A DNA stretch of 59,985 nt from Guillardia theta CCMP2712 (lineage: Eukaryota; Protista; Cryptophyta). The notes under the pieces are model-generated. The model ran no database searches. It was not told the origin of the DNA and worked only from the letters and a program-made list of their open reading frames with translations. Below, one piece after another: positions 1 through 13,149 of this stretch (positions are counted from its first letter, which is position 1; every line of letters starts with the position of its first letter). Both the position numbers and the translations under genes were made by a program. The DNA is taken from NCBI RefSeq assembly GCF_000315625.1, contig NW_005434662.1:979855-1039839 (forward strand). Reading direction: 5' to 3'.

Positions 1-697
1 GCACTCCTCCTCCCTCCCTCCCCTCCCTCCCCTCCCTCCCTCCCTCCCTCCCTCACTGCCTCGCTGCCTCGCTGCCTCCCTTGCTCTCTGTTGCTCTGTT
101 GCTCCCTCGCTCCTGCCTCCTCTCCTCCTCACCGTCTCTGGGTTGTGGGGGTCCAAAATAGGAACTGCGACGCAGGAGTGGAAAAGTCTCTTAGCAGTGT
201 AATATCTGAAACAGGAAGATCAGAAGAGGACGGGGATTAGGGCAATGACGAAGAGGAAGGAGGAGGAGGAGGAGGTAGTGGAGGAGGAGGTAGTGGTGGA
301 AGAGGAGGAGGTAGAGGAGGAGCAGAAGGAGGAGGAGAAGGTAGAGGAGAAGGAGGAGGAGGAGGAGGAGACATTTCACCTCGAATCATGCTCGATTGAA
401 TCAATTTGAGATTCATTGAAGTCGAACGTGTGAGACCTGCTCATGGGTCAACATCTGCACTAGATTCTGCATGCCTTGACTTTTTCTTCTGCCACACAAA
501 TCCTGGAATCCCGTCCCCGTAACCATACACTCTGCAAAGACAAGACGTGAGAAGCTTCAAAGGGAAGCAAATGCAGGGGCAAGTTGATGCTGATGTTGAT
601 GTTTTGATTTGCTGTTGTTTATGATGATGATAGTGATGATGATGATGATGATGATGATAATGATGATGATGATCACGATGATGATGATGATCACGAC

Positions 698-741
<44 letters not shown>

Positions 742-1818
742 TGATCACGATGACGATCATGATGGTGGTGGTGATGATGTTGGTGGTGATGATGTTGGTG
801 GTGATAATGGTGGTGATGTATCAACCTCGATGACCCGCTCTCTGCAAACTCGAGCACTTGCTCTCTGATTCCAGAACTTCTCTGCATGCACACTGTGAGA
901 TTTTACAGGGTAACTTGCAATCGGAACGGACTTTGACGAGCTGGTTGATGATAACGTACTGATTCATGAACGACATGGTGTTGTCTGACAACAAAGTCAG
1001 CCAGTCAGCGGGTCCAAACACGATCAAATTCATATGAGAGCTCACTCAGTCCGTTTTCGTCCCATTTCAACCTGCAAGCGAGCAAAGTTCACTCACTCCA
1101 TCTTGCATCGCCTCCTTCCCACCTCCCATCGCCCCCCCCTCCTCCTCCTCGTCTCTTTCTCGCTCCTCCTCCTCCTCCTCCCCTCTCTCTCCTCCTCTTC
1201 CTCTCTCCACCACCTCCTCTCTCTCTCCTCATCGGACCTGTCGATGTGGATCACAGAGTTGGCATTGTGCACGAAACTCCCGAACGGGTTGGAAGGGAGC
1301 CTTGACAGAGACGTTGATCGCAGTTCCCTCCTTATCAATCCGTCGTCCCCATGGGACTCACTCGCTGCCCCGTTGTCCTCCCTATGACCCTGCACAGAAC
1401 CCGATCATATCCTCCTCCTCCTCTTCTTCCTCTTCCTCCTCCTCCTCCCACCCCCCATTCCCCCACTCCTCCCTCCCCCCCCTCCCCTCCTCTCTCCTCA
1501 CAGCACCATTACCTCTGTCACATGATGATCGTCTGCAAGCGGGACGAGGTCGACTTTGACGTCCGACAGGTCACCCACCCTGGACATCTCGACCTCGGCA
1601 CGTTGCGCGAGTTTTGGCAGGACGTCTGCTGGCTCCAACCTCTGCCCGGTCGACAAGATCTTTGCTATTTCCACATCTTCTCGGGCCCATACCTGCATGC
1701 CCTCTTAAACATCGCATCTCCCCTCGCTTCCTCCCTTCACCTCCCCGTAGGCAAAGCCTGCTATCTTACAACAGTCCTTGAGAAGCGAGCTCATCGGCCC
1801 AAGCTCCTGCTTCTGCAT
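1..1818 (-). CDS. GAF-domain protein (NLP/cyanobacterial-type GAF), multi-exon, 3' end beyond the window
   Basis: Manual splicing of about 8 exons gives LLKDCCKIAGFAYGE|VWAR...VLEFAESGSSR|VYGYGDGIPGFVWQKK...DSR|YYTAKRLFHSCVAVPILDP. This matches the GAF signature (W/F-x-YGEAW...GEGLPGRVW...R...A...S-x-xAVPI). The start codon is uncertain and could lie up to about 1983. Confidence 0.7.
620..817. repeat. (GAT/GAC/GGT)n trinucleotide microsatellite in an intron of the GAF gene
   Basis: Seen directly; the source of the spurious poly-His, poly-Ile and poly-Met ORFs. Confidence 0.9.
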
Positions 1819-2388
1819 CTTCGGTTGTTGGAGGAGATTGCAAGATGTGTGAGTTGCTTCACAATCTAGTGCACATGCTTGCAAGCTGCAGAGTAGAAGT
1901 CATCACCAAACAGCTGAACGCATGCCCAGCGTGTATCAAACCATGTCCTTCTCCAGCATGGGGCTCGTCTCTCATTGGTATCATGGTTCTCTGCTACTTG
2001 TCGTCTACAGCATGATCTCTAGCCCTGACCCCCTATTGTCTCTGTCTCTAACTATCTCCCCCCCTCTCCTCCTCCTCCTCCTCCTCCTCCTCCTCCTCCT
2101 CCTGTTTCCCCCATGCAGGATTCCTCGACTACCCTACCCTACCTTTTGAAACCCCACCCCCCATTTTTTCAGGTTCTACGACTCCATCAAGAAATACCAC
2201 CCTCCGGTAAAATATCCCCCCAATTTACCCCTAGAAGTACCCCTACTCAAACGTTTTTGGTTCATCCCACCCGTCCATCTAAGACATTCGGACCCCGACC
2301 TCTTAAAAAAAAACCGAAACATGCAACCCACCCCCTTGGTTGTGCTTGTTCCCCGACAAAAAGGCTAAGAGAACTTTCGTTCCCCCAC

Positions 2389-2585
<197 letters not shown>

Positions 2586-2824
2586 TGGGCAAGGGCAAGG
2601 GACAGGGGGAAAGAGGCAGGGACGGGATGTGAGAAAACGGATCCAGATGGAGGGCTGGTAGGGGACGAAAGAGGGGAAGCAATGGAGGAGGTAAACGAGA
2701 CCTAAAATCGAAAATTGAACTTTTAACAGTCGCATATCAACATGGAATGGAAGAAAACTTGAAGAATAAAGGAGAGAGAGAGAAAGAATAGAACAGGAGA
2801 ATGACAGTGACGATGCCTTCATCA

Positions 2825-5800
2825 TCACGGAGTCGTCGACTGCACAACAGAGCAGCAGAAAGCAACGAATCGCTTCGCGTAGTCCTTGGGAGGGATGACG
2901 CTGAAGTTGCAACCTCGTTGGATCACGCTCTGCCATTGCGGTGAGTTGAGATGCCGTCAGAAGTTACAGTCTCGATCATGCAGCTGAGACACGGGGGAGA
3001 GGAAGCAGGAGAAGCAGGAGGGGAGCAGGGAGGAAGGAGTTGTCGGGAGGAGATGATACCTTCAGCCAAAACTCTCCCTTCTTCTTCCACCGGAAAGGTA
3101 CCAAAGTGTCGATGATGCCCACAAAAATGACCTGGAGGAGAGAAGGATGAGAGGGTCGGTAGCAGGCGGGGGAGGAGGAGGGGGAGGAGATTGGATGGAG
3201 ATGGAATTGCAAGCGAATTAGCCGACCTTCTGCCATGCGGAAACGCTTGCTGAGCCTGTATCGCCTGAAGTCAAACATCACGTTCAAGTTGGTCAGCGGA
3301 TTCTCAGCGTCTCTCGATCTCTGAGTCGACTGCTTGGCGACATGATAAGTGAAGAGTAGAGTGACAGGAAGTGTAATGGAGAGGACAAAGCAAGCGATCC
3401 AGACGCTCTCGAGGCTGTTCCTCGCTCCCTCACAGAGGTTCTTGTACCACTTGTTGTAGACTAAAGTCAAGCTCTCACAGGAGCCCATGGTCATCATCTC
3501 GCTGATAGTCTTTTGAATGTCTTCATTGTTCGCCAGTGCCATCTTGTCAAATTGGTACCGCTGCTGGCTAGCTGAGAGCTTGACGCTGTCCAACGAGCTT
3601 CTGAGCGACTGAACGTCTTGCTGCATGCTTGAAATCTGCTGCTGAAGCAAGTCAAGATACAGCTTGAACGCTTGTCCTCGCGTGGAGCTGGGGTCGTATC
3701 TAGAGGAGTACCCAAACTCATCTCCTGTCGCCTGCATGTCCATGACNNNNNNNNNNNNNNNNNNNNNNNNNNNNNNNNNNNNNNNNNNNNNNNNNNNNNN
3801 NNNNNNNNNNNNNNNNNNNNNNNNNNNNNNNNNNNNNNNNNNNNNNGAGGACGTAGAGATCAATTTCACCTCCTCGTCGCCTTTCCCTTCTGTTCTTGTG
3901 CTTCCTTCCATCCCTCCGTTGACCTCCTGCGAGGAGTGAGGACAACGACTAGGAGAGAGAAGAAGCAGCGATGGTGCGGAGTGAGAGAAACGTGGGTATG
4001 GAGCAGGACGATGAGAACGATGGAAGGTGAGTTTCAAGCAGAAGAAGAAGAAGAAGAAGAAGATAGGAGGAGATATAGAGAGGGGTAGGCGGAAGAGGAG
4101 GACAAGGAAAAGGACCAAAACGAGGACGAGGATAAGGACGAGGATAAGGACAAATATTCTTGCCTGAAAGATTGAGATGCCTGGCTGAGCTTGCTTGCTC
4201 GCGCTGCTGGCATGCTGGGAATCAGCCTTGTGCTCCTTGGCTTCAGCCTTTTGTTCTCCGTCCTTGCCGCTGCTGCAGTTGTAGGCGAAGTAAGCGAAGT
4301 TGAGGAAGTGAAGCTCGTCCATGAAACCCAACTTGACGCTTCCTCCTTTCTTGGCGTTCAGCTCGCTGCGCATGACGTCGTACAGGCGCTGGAGGTCCTT
4401 GGAGTTCTGAGTGATCCACATTTGCATCTTGCACTTCCTCGCGCTGGACTTGGAGGGGTCGAAGAGGGGAGAGGCCTGCCCCTCATGCCAGCTCCTCCTG
4501 TGAATCCCAATGAGCATGGAGTAGTCGAGCACATTCTGCTGCGCGAGGAAACGAGCATCGCGCTCGATCTGCGTCTTGAGCCTCTCGGAGAGAAGCGAGG
4601 ACACGCGGAGGTGCCGTCCTGTCTCGATGAAGTCGATGTCTCGGTGCACTATGCCAGGCGTCCCCCTCTTCCTTCCCACCGTCCTCTTGAACGTGCTGCC
4701 CTTGAGGTCAAACCGTTCGTGGATGGGCAGGCTGGTGTTGAAGACGTTGGCGAGGACGACCAGGTGGTACCTGATCCCTTCGTGCACTAGGTCGAACTGG
4801 CCGAGGATGCGCATCAGGAGCGTGTTTGGGTTCTCCTTCACGTACTCGTAGTACGCTGGCAGCATCGAACGCATCGCATCCCCTTCCTCCCTGCTCACCG
4901 TCTTCACCATGAACTTCCCGTCGTGGGAGTAGTAGAAGAGACTTCCGCTCCTCCCCTCGCTCACCCTCTCCGCCACGTTTCTCATGTCCCCCAGAAGCAG
5001 CCCCCCGATCACTTGCTTGATCCCCAAGGACGCCAGGAACGCGTCGTCGCTGACCCCGAACGCCTTGCGGATGTCACGGTAGAGCGAGGCCCCGTAGGAG
5101 GTGATTGACGAGTTGCTCCTCATCCTCTGGGGGCCCTTGAGCGAGCGAGGGAGACATTCGTCGTTGTAGCAGGTGCGGAGGAAGCGAGGAATCTCATACG
5201 TTGTCGCCTGCACCTCCGTCTCGTTCGTCTTCTCCTCCGATACGCACCCGAAGCAAGCCAGCAGGCCTCCCAGCAATCCCCTGCTCTTGCCCTCTCCTCC
5301 CTTCCCCGGAGTGTCCGAGCACATCCCATCCACATCCCCCACGATTTGCCCCCCCTCCTCCCCCTCCGCGCCTGCCCCTCCCTCCTCCTCCTCCTGCACC
5401 ACACTCTTCTCCGCCCTTTCTCCCTCCTTCCTCGGCTTCTCCTGCTCAGCCTGCACGGGGGGGGGGGACATGAAGCTCTTGAGCACAACAGTCTTCAACG
5501 TCTCCAGCGGCGACTGGTTGCGAGGAGGCTCAGCCTTGCTAGGGCCAGGCTCGGATACGCTCGCCTCCTCCGTCCTGTTGAGCTGGACCTCGGGCTCGAT
5601 GGCGATCTGGAGCCCGAGCATGAGGGTGAGGATGAAGTCGCACTTCCTCTGCTTCATCATGACGGCCTGTCCCATCCTCAGCGCCACTCCTCCCGTCTTG
5701 AACAAGTTCACGTGCAGCCTCTTTCCTTTCTTCTTGTTCCCCCCGTAGTAGCCCTTCCGGTATGGCTGGTCGACGCCATGAACAAGGCTCATGACGTCAG

Positions 5801-6971
5801 CGCTCCCGAGGCAGCTCATCCGGTACTCATCCCACGACATCATGACCTCGTTCTTCTCATTGGACAAGCGCTGAGACGCTGAATCTTTCCCCGCAGTAGA
5901 GGACGAGGAGGACGAAGACGAGGGCGAGGAAGACGCCCGTGCGCGCTGGAACAGAGAAGCGACGAAGTCTCCCACGTACGGGTTCTTGTGGTCCAGCTCG
6001 AGGCCGGTGAGGGCCCAGAACATGAGGCGGATAAGCGCGAGGACCTCGTTCCTGGTGATGAAACCATCCCAGTCCATGTCGCACAGCTTGAAGCCCCACC
6101 GCAGCCGATCCTCGATCTCGTCCGACGTGATCATCAAGAGCCACTCGACGAACTCCGGGTACCCGATGCTCCCCGTCCTGTCCAGATCGATCGCCTCGAA
6201 CATGAAGTGCAGGAGGCGGTCGAAGGAGTGCCGGCCCCGCAACATCTTCGAGTTCCACATAGTCTCACTACGGTCAGCCCCCATCAGCCGGAGGGCCTCC
6301 GCAAACTCAAGCTTGCTCAGCCTCCCGGTCCCGCTCTTGTGCAGCCGGCAGAACAGCACGAACGCCTCCTCTTCGATCAGCTCGAACCTTTGACCCCACG
6401 TTCGCACCAAGTTTTCACGCTCAGATATGGTAAGCTTCTTGACTTCCTTGGAGATCAACGAAGCGTTTGTAGAGGTAAGATTCTCACCGCCCCCTGCTCT
6501 GTCTGTCACGTTCCCTTGAGGCATCTGATGCTTCCTCCTCCTGAAGAGCATCATGGGGTCTGACAAGAGTAGTTGCCCCAGCTCCTGCATGCTCGTGTGC
6601 TTCCTGAGTGTCGTCTCGTTGCTTCCTGTTGAGATCGACTCGCGAAGGCGGAAGGGAGAAAAGGATCTGTCCTTGGCTGCTGCTCTTCTCATCATCATCT
6701 CATCCTTCCACTCGGCATCGAGCTCGTCCACCCTCGCCTGCATGGACATATTGGTCAAGTTCTTCCCATGCCGGAGGAGCAGCGCCACATTATGGTCCAG
6801 GGTTGCATCTCGATGCTTGAAGACTGGGCGAGACCGAGGAACGGTCATGGAGAAACACCCGCGAGGGTTGAAGATCCCAGAGCATGCGCATGGCATGCAA
6901 AGAACATAGGACAGCAACAGCAGACTGCCAGCCATGGTGCTGTAGCTGCAAAATGCCGCTCTGCCCTCCAT
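2825..6971 (-). CDS. Phosphatidylinositol-4-phosphate 5-kinase with N-terminal NCS/recoverin-like EF-hand domain
   Basis: Kinase motifs GRSGSLFYYSHDGKFMVKTV, ERFDLKGS, LDYSMLIGIH and VGIIDTL. The last exon (2929-2825) reads SVIPPKDYAKRF. EF-hands are DLDRTGSIGYPEF and DMDWDGFITRNEV. The 3' part is multi-exon and the gene spans the assembly gap. Start is ATG 6971 or 6935. Confidence 0.9.
3230..3746 (-). other. Orphan coding segment (prominin/tweety-like C-terminal fragment) inside a PIP5K intron
   Basis: About 170 open codons: a coiled coil, then C-x14-C, then a hydrophobic segment (SCESLTLVYNKWYKNLCEGARNSLESVWIACFVLSITLPVTLLF). It is unrelated to PIP5K and abuts the N gap. Confidence 0.5.
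3747..3846. other. Assembly gap (100 N placeholder)
   Basis: Run of N. Confidence 0.99.
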
Positions 6972-8166
6972 CTTCACCACTGCTCTTCTCGTAACTTATG
7001 GATTAGAAATCTTTCTGTTATGTTCAGGACTGAGTAAGTGACACTCCTGATCGCACTCGTGCTTGATCGGTCCCTAGAGCTTGCTCTTAGAGCATAGCTC
7101 AACCACAGAGGAGAGAATATACACCTAAGATGTCAACAGATTGACTCGGCCAGTGTAAGAGGGAAAAGCTACAGCAGCGTTGTTCTTCCATCCATCAACC
7201 CCTTCTGCCTGCTTTCAGCTGCAGCTTGCAACTCCGCCCCCGCAAGCTTCCTTAGGTCATGGCATCAAACCCATTCCATTGCGATCCATTTCACTCCCTT
7301 CGAATGTCCCACAGCAGTCCTCTCATCAAACACTGCCGTTGTCGCTCAGTCCTCTGCGTCCCTCTTCTTCTCGCCTTTGTGCTCCACCTATCGTCAAGTA
7401 AGTGCTCCTTCTCTTCTCAGTTCAGTGCTCCTTCTCTTCTCTCTCCAGCACTCCTCGTCTCTCCTCCACAGCACTTCTCCTCTCCTCTCCTGCCTTGCAT
7501 GCCTTGCCTCCCCCACTCGACATGCTGGCGGCCGCCGTGTATTGGAATAGATGGGGTGGGGGTGACTACCCTACCACACCAGCTCCAAGTAATTCCTACT
7601 CTAAATGTACCCCCTCTACCCCAATCGTGAAGGTACAAGTGGGTGTATATGGAACCCTATTGTTTCAAGGTCCAGAAGGGGGTACAGGTGCTTTGGAAAA
7701 GGCAGCTACGAGAAATAGGCCAGTGATTAGTAAGACAATTATAGAGGGTGGGGGTAATGACCCCCAGGGTATATTGCCATCTTTGTTTGCCCATAAAGGG
7801 GGGTAATGATCATATTCCACTCATAGAGGGGTGGGGGTCAGAATTCTCAGGGGAGCATGGTTTGCGACTCCAGCAGGGAGCAGGGAGCAGGGCAGACAGG
7901 AAGTGAGACGGAGGAGACGAGGAGAAGGACATGATGGAGGAAGGAACTGAAGGTGAGCAGGACCCAGGGAGGATAGTTTCCGAGGATGAAGAGGGCACCA
8001 GGACCAAGAAAGAGCGACAGGAGAGTACGGAAGAAACGCAGGATCCAATCTAGAACAGCTTGCTCGCTGCCTACCTGAGACAGTGGTTTTCTTGACCTGT
8101 AGATACTGAAGGTTGCGTCATGGTAACAGGAAAAACCAGGAGATGGCGGTGACTGGACGTTAGAAG

Positions 8167-9771
8167 ATGTGCGATGCTGGTGGTGTGGACGGAGTTGAAG
8201 CCAGCTTCGATGCAAAACTGCACCAGCGATACTTCAGGAAGCTCCTGCAAGGTCTGGAAGCTCGCATGATGCCTCCACCTGCTGATGATGGTGCAGGCGC
8301 TCCCGGATCGCTGCAAGGGCTGGACAGCAACCGATGCACCATCGCGTACTTTTGTGTCTCGGGCCTTGACGTGCTCAATGCACTCACGGGGGAAGACAAG
8401 GAGCAAGTTTGCGGGTGGATGATACGGTTGCTCATCGACAATGGTCTGATCGCCTCTGCTTAGGAGGGATGATACTGACAAAGCTTGTCCTGGCAGAGCC
8501 CGGGGGGTTTCGAGGTTCTACTTTCTTCAGATCTGACGCCGACATCTGTAAGCTCTGGGACCTGGGGCATCTTGCCATGTCGTACACGGCTCTTGCCACG
8601 CTTGTCATCTGTGACTACAACATCCAAACCCTCGATCGCAAGGGGATTCAACAGATGGTTCGCAATTGTCAAGGAGAGGATGGGAGTTTCTGTGAGAACT
8701 CAAGTCAAGCACCGCTTCTTGACTCACATGCCAGGTGCACACCACGGCGGGGAGGCTGACCTTAGGTTCTCGTACTGCGCTGCTGCCATCTGCTTCATGC
8801 TGGGCGACTTCTCCTGCATTGATCGCGAGAGGTGACTCGTGCCGGCAGCGCCTTGGAGGCTGATCATAGTGCAGGTCTGCCTCGCACATCCTGTCGTGCC
8901 AAACGTACGAAGGCGGGTTCGGTCTGGCTCCTGGTCTGCTCGTTGCGAGATGAGAGCTGCTGCTGCTGACGCTGCCTTGCTCACCCAAGGTCTGGAAGCC
9001 CACGGGGGATCGACGTACTGTGCTGTTGCCGCACTGAAGCTCATGGGGTACCTCGATACGATGGATGCCTCTCAACGCAACAATGTAGTCCGATGGTGCC
9101 TCAAGAGGATGGTGAGCCAGGCGAATGAAGCTGAACGTGAAGTGTTCATAGGAAGACAAAAGTATTGCTGGGATAGGGGGAGTAGAGAAGCTTGAGGGAG
9201 GTGGAATACGACGATCACCCTGACGATGTTGAAGGTGTCTGAATCCGGAGGCTACCAAGGTAGATGCAACAAAGTCAGCGTGAGTCATGCAGCGTCTATC
9301 TTGGCTGGGTATCAAGGTTCTCAAACAGGATTCGTGCTACTCCTTCTGGATAGGAGCTTCGCTCGACATACTGGGGTCTGCTCATTTCTCCGACTCTTCA
9401 GCAATCCGTAAGACACGATCAGAACGATGCTTTTGATTGATCCGATTTGCATGCAGGAAGGTTTTTGTGCAAGTGCGAAAATAAGACGTTTGGAGGTTTC
9501 AGCAAATTTCCAGGCATGTTTCTATACATTCAAACATTCCTTTCGTTCGTCTAACATCACATCATCTCATGAACTGTTTTACAGAAGCAACTTGCGATCC
9601 CCTGCACACTTACCTCTCTTTGTGTGGCTTTTCGATCGCAGGGGATCAAGGTACTTGTCATGTGCAGCCTGCCCACATGTTGAAGGTCTTGCAGAGCACT
9701 TGTCTCAACTCTATTGCCCCCTAGGCATGTCGCAGAGAGCGTACGAAACCCTTCTACGTCAGCTTGCGTGA
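8167..9771 (+). CDS. PGGT1B: Geranylgeranyltransferase type-I beta subunit
   Basis: Spliced exons read LDSNRCTIAYFCVSGLDVL, GGFRGS, GHLAMSYTALATL, EADLRFSYCAAAIC, SCQTYEGGFG, EAHGGSTYCAVAAL, GYQGRCNK, DSCYSFWIGASL and DPLHTYLSLCG. Confidence 0.92.
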
Positions 9772-11026
9772 AACTTTCGACCAACACTCCAGCCTGCCTT
9801 TCGGATTCAACCATATCACAGGTTTCAACTTTGAACATCTTAGGACGTGTTTGGGAACGATTCCTGGTTGCACTGCTTCTGGCCAACGTATAGAAGAACA
9901 ATTGACGCCTCGTGGAAGCAGTAGCAAAGGGTTAAAGTTTGTGCGGGATTCCTCCACTTGCAAGGAATATCTCACCATGCCGCCATGACTCGCAAGGCTG
10001 GCCCTCCTCTCTGAAAATGATTATGTGCCTCAATGTAATCTGCGAAACATGCAGTGACCGTGTACTGATGCAACAACGTTTGATGGGAATGGCGAAGTTG
10101 CCTTTGAGTCTCAGATTGTTCAAGTTTCGATTTCTCCACCATTTTGTCGGCGCATTGCAGTCTGACAGCATCACCAGAATTATTCCGTCTCTGAATCGGC
10201 GCTAGCCTGGTCAGGTTGCCTTGCAGTTGGTCCCTCTCCAAATCCTTTAAAAGTCCAGAATCACAAAAATGTTGCACGTCGTAATGTTGTAAACTACAAG
10301 AAGAATAGAACTTACCTTGGTTAGAGATTGCCTCGAGCTCAAGACTTGTGCAGTTTTCTGAGGAGGATGATTCACTGCACACACATGGAGGAGCGACAAG
10401 GCTACCTGCATGCTCACATCGTGTGCGCTGAGCAGCTGCTTGAAAGTCAAGCTTGGCTTCTTCAAACCTCCGCCCAGCTCGCTCTTGATTCGAGGAGAAG
10501 CCGAGACTCTTGACATGGGGCTCAATATCGCTTGCAAAGAGGACGACATGCTGGTATGTGATCTCAGACTGGGAAGATTGGTCGCCTGCTTAGATCTGAA
10601 TGGTGTGATGGATCCAGTAGCAATTATGTTGTCACGTCCCAAACCTCCTCGTAACATGTTCTCTCCCGATGATGCCGAAGAAGTGTCAGATCTTGAGGAC
10701 GCAACCGCTGGATCGTTGGTCTTTGGCGTGTCATCTGCTCTCGTTGCACGATTATTCTCACTGACACAAACGATCGCTGGTGAGATCGAAAGGGTTGCAA
10801 GTTTGGTGTGCAGGCGCGGGATAGCATGCGGTCTTGCCAAAGGCTTTCGAGGCGATCCAAGAAAGCTATCGGGGGAACATTCCTCAGGTCTCCTGTGGGA
10901 AGACGAGGGAGGCGAGACTGACAGGGGGAAGTGGAACTCGACAGGTTTTAACGCAGTTGGGAGATTCTGAGGCGATGCCGGCGATGCCGGCGATGCTGAT
11001 GATGCCGGTGAACGCGAGGTATGCAT
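9754..11026 (-). CDS. Hypothetical Ser/Pro-rich protein, multi-exon; 3' end uncertain
   Basis: A 259-aa ATG-initiated ORF followed by further open segments bounded by GT-AG; no domain recognised. Confidence 0.45.
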
Positions 11027-11854
11027 ATCAAGACTTTCGCATTCACCTTCCTTGAAGGAAAGGGGGGGGAGGGGGGAGGGGGGGGGAGTACGAACGAGGA
11101 TACAAGCGAGTTATCACGAAGTTGGGATTTGAAGATGCAGATGAAGAAGCAGGTGTGCGGATTCAGATACGATGGTTGAGATGAGTGGGAAAGGGACCGG
11201 GACTGAGGGAGAGGAGACAGGAGACGGGGTAGGTTGTTGAGAATCGAGGAGACAGCGGAGCGGAGAGAGAAGGGATACAGAACTAGTTGGGGATCGTAGT
11301 AGAACAACCCAGGCAGACAAAATAAATATCCATGGTGGGGTGGGGTCATCAACAAACTTGGTCAGACCCGTGGGTATAGTGTGCAATTTTATCTTCTGGG
11401 TAGGGTGGTTCAATGTTGAGAAATGTTGTGAGGAAATTTCGAAATCTATGATAAATTTTCATTATTGAAACCATTAAATGTGATGAGGACGGGGGTCACT
11501 TTGCCAGAATGTCTTTCATAAGGTGGGTGGGGTGAAAATACAGGGGTAGGGGTGGATATGATCTGGGGAAAAAAATACAATGGGGTGGGCACAGACGAAG
11601 GTCAATCCTCTATCAGACAGATATCTACTGAGGTGGGGTACTAAAAGATGACCAGAGGGGTAGTTTGTCCGAGTTTTTCAAGATATTCGTGGGGTGGGGG
11701 TGACCAAGACTACCGGTATTGCTCCACTATGGTTCAAATCTGTGCGATAAAACTTTTATAAAACACTTGTTCGCATTTGTACGGAGATTTTAAACTGATG
11801 GTACCTTTTTAAAATTATATATCCTGTGTTATATACTGATAAGCCTGTTTCCAA

Positions 11855-12760
11855 CTGGGCCGGGCCCGTTTACTAGGCTAGTACGGTCAGTCCGGGCCGC
11901 CGAGACCGTCAGGCTCCCGTACTCGGGAGCCCCGGCCCACACCGTACTCGAGTCGGACTCTGATCCGATCGGAAACGAGCAGTGACCGGGAGCCCGACTC
12001 CGGGACCGTACCGTGGCAGTTACCGGGGCGGGCCGCCGTACTAGCCGTGCGGGGCGGCCAGCTCCGGGAAGTCCCGGACGGTCCGGTTCGGCGCCGGAAG
12101 TTCCGAAGTTCCGATGATCCGGCGTCACTGTTAGTTACCGTTCCGGGGGGCCGCCCACTCAGTGGGGGGCCCATCATCAGATGATCGCCGCCGACCGGGC
12201 GCGGGGACGGAGTCGGACCCGGGCCGGGAGTCCGCCGGACTCGCGGCGCCCGGCCCGGCGACGGCCCGGTCACCGATCAGGCCCGTCGTGCGGCGATTGA
12301 CTCTGTCGGAAACGTTGACTGAGTTTCGGAATCAATTCAATGTGCAACTTCACTCAGTGACCGGGCAACCCTATGAAGTGACTGAGACGCGGCGCCGCCG
12401 CGGGGGCCGGGCCCGGGGCCACTCCGTCACCCGAGCGGCCCGGGCCCGGCGGGGCCGGCGGGCGGTATCGGACGGTGACGGTGGCGAGTCCAATCCGACT
12501 CTGAGTCTTACTCCGACACTGGCTGAGTCAGGCCCAGGCTGAGCCTCCCCGCCCAGTGACTCCGACGACTAAACCCGGAAGTTGACTGTGAACTTACTGG
12601 GGGGCTGACACCAGGGTGGGCGCACGGTGACAGCGGCTCGGCCCGGAGCCGGCCGCGCCGGCCGGTGAGCGTGACCCGGTGACCGTACAGTACTACTACG
12701 TGTAAGTTGGTGGGCCCGGCGGCGCCGGGCCCGGGGAGTCTTTTTTGGAAAGTTTAGGTC
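11855..12760. promoter_or_regulatory. CCGG/GTGAC/TCAGT-rich CpG-dense island between divergent genes
   Basis: Sharp compositional block of short palindromic words with no credible ORF. Similar blocks at about 30370-30600, 33480-33780, 41450-41565 and 54680-55510. The regulatory role is inferred. Confidence 0.4.
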
Positions 12761-13149
12761 CCAGGCTGCCAGTACACAGCGAAGAGCTAGTAGGCAAACA
12801 ATGATGATGCCGGTAGCTGTAGGCGGGAACTGATGAAAGAGCGAGAGTATGGCGAGAACTGAGAGAGATAGGAGAGTCTTGGTAGTTACAGGATGAAGAT
12901 AATCAAACCATGAGACCAAGGTTGCGAAAGCAAGAGGGAAGTAGTTTTGAAAGACTAAGCCTATTGTTCATCGGATGGCTCCGATGTTAAAAATTCTGTA
13001 ACCAAAATGCTGCGATGAGGTATTTGGGAGATTTGTGCGGAAGAGATAGACAACTGCCAAGTTACATAGCAGTCATACATTCCTCGATCGTGTAGTAGCT
13101 GCATCAAATTGATTTCCCTGATTGAAACTTGCCGCGAAAAAAGTATCAT

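Noticed and set aside
441-893. His-rich metal-binding protein
   Set aside because: The poly-His comes from an intronic trinucleotide repeat between two GAF exons.
2976-6980. The 1334-aa ORF as a single protein
   Set aside because: It reads through introns, the N gap and a foreign segment; the real kinase end is a spliced exon at 2929-2825.
11829-12919. Pro/Arg/Gly-rich ORFs in the GC islands (also 30289-30702 and 54662-55512)
   Set aside because: They are open in several frames because of GC content, with no splice structure or domain.
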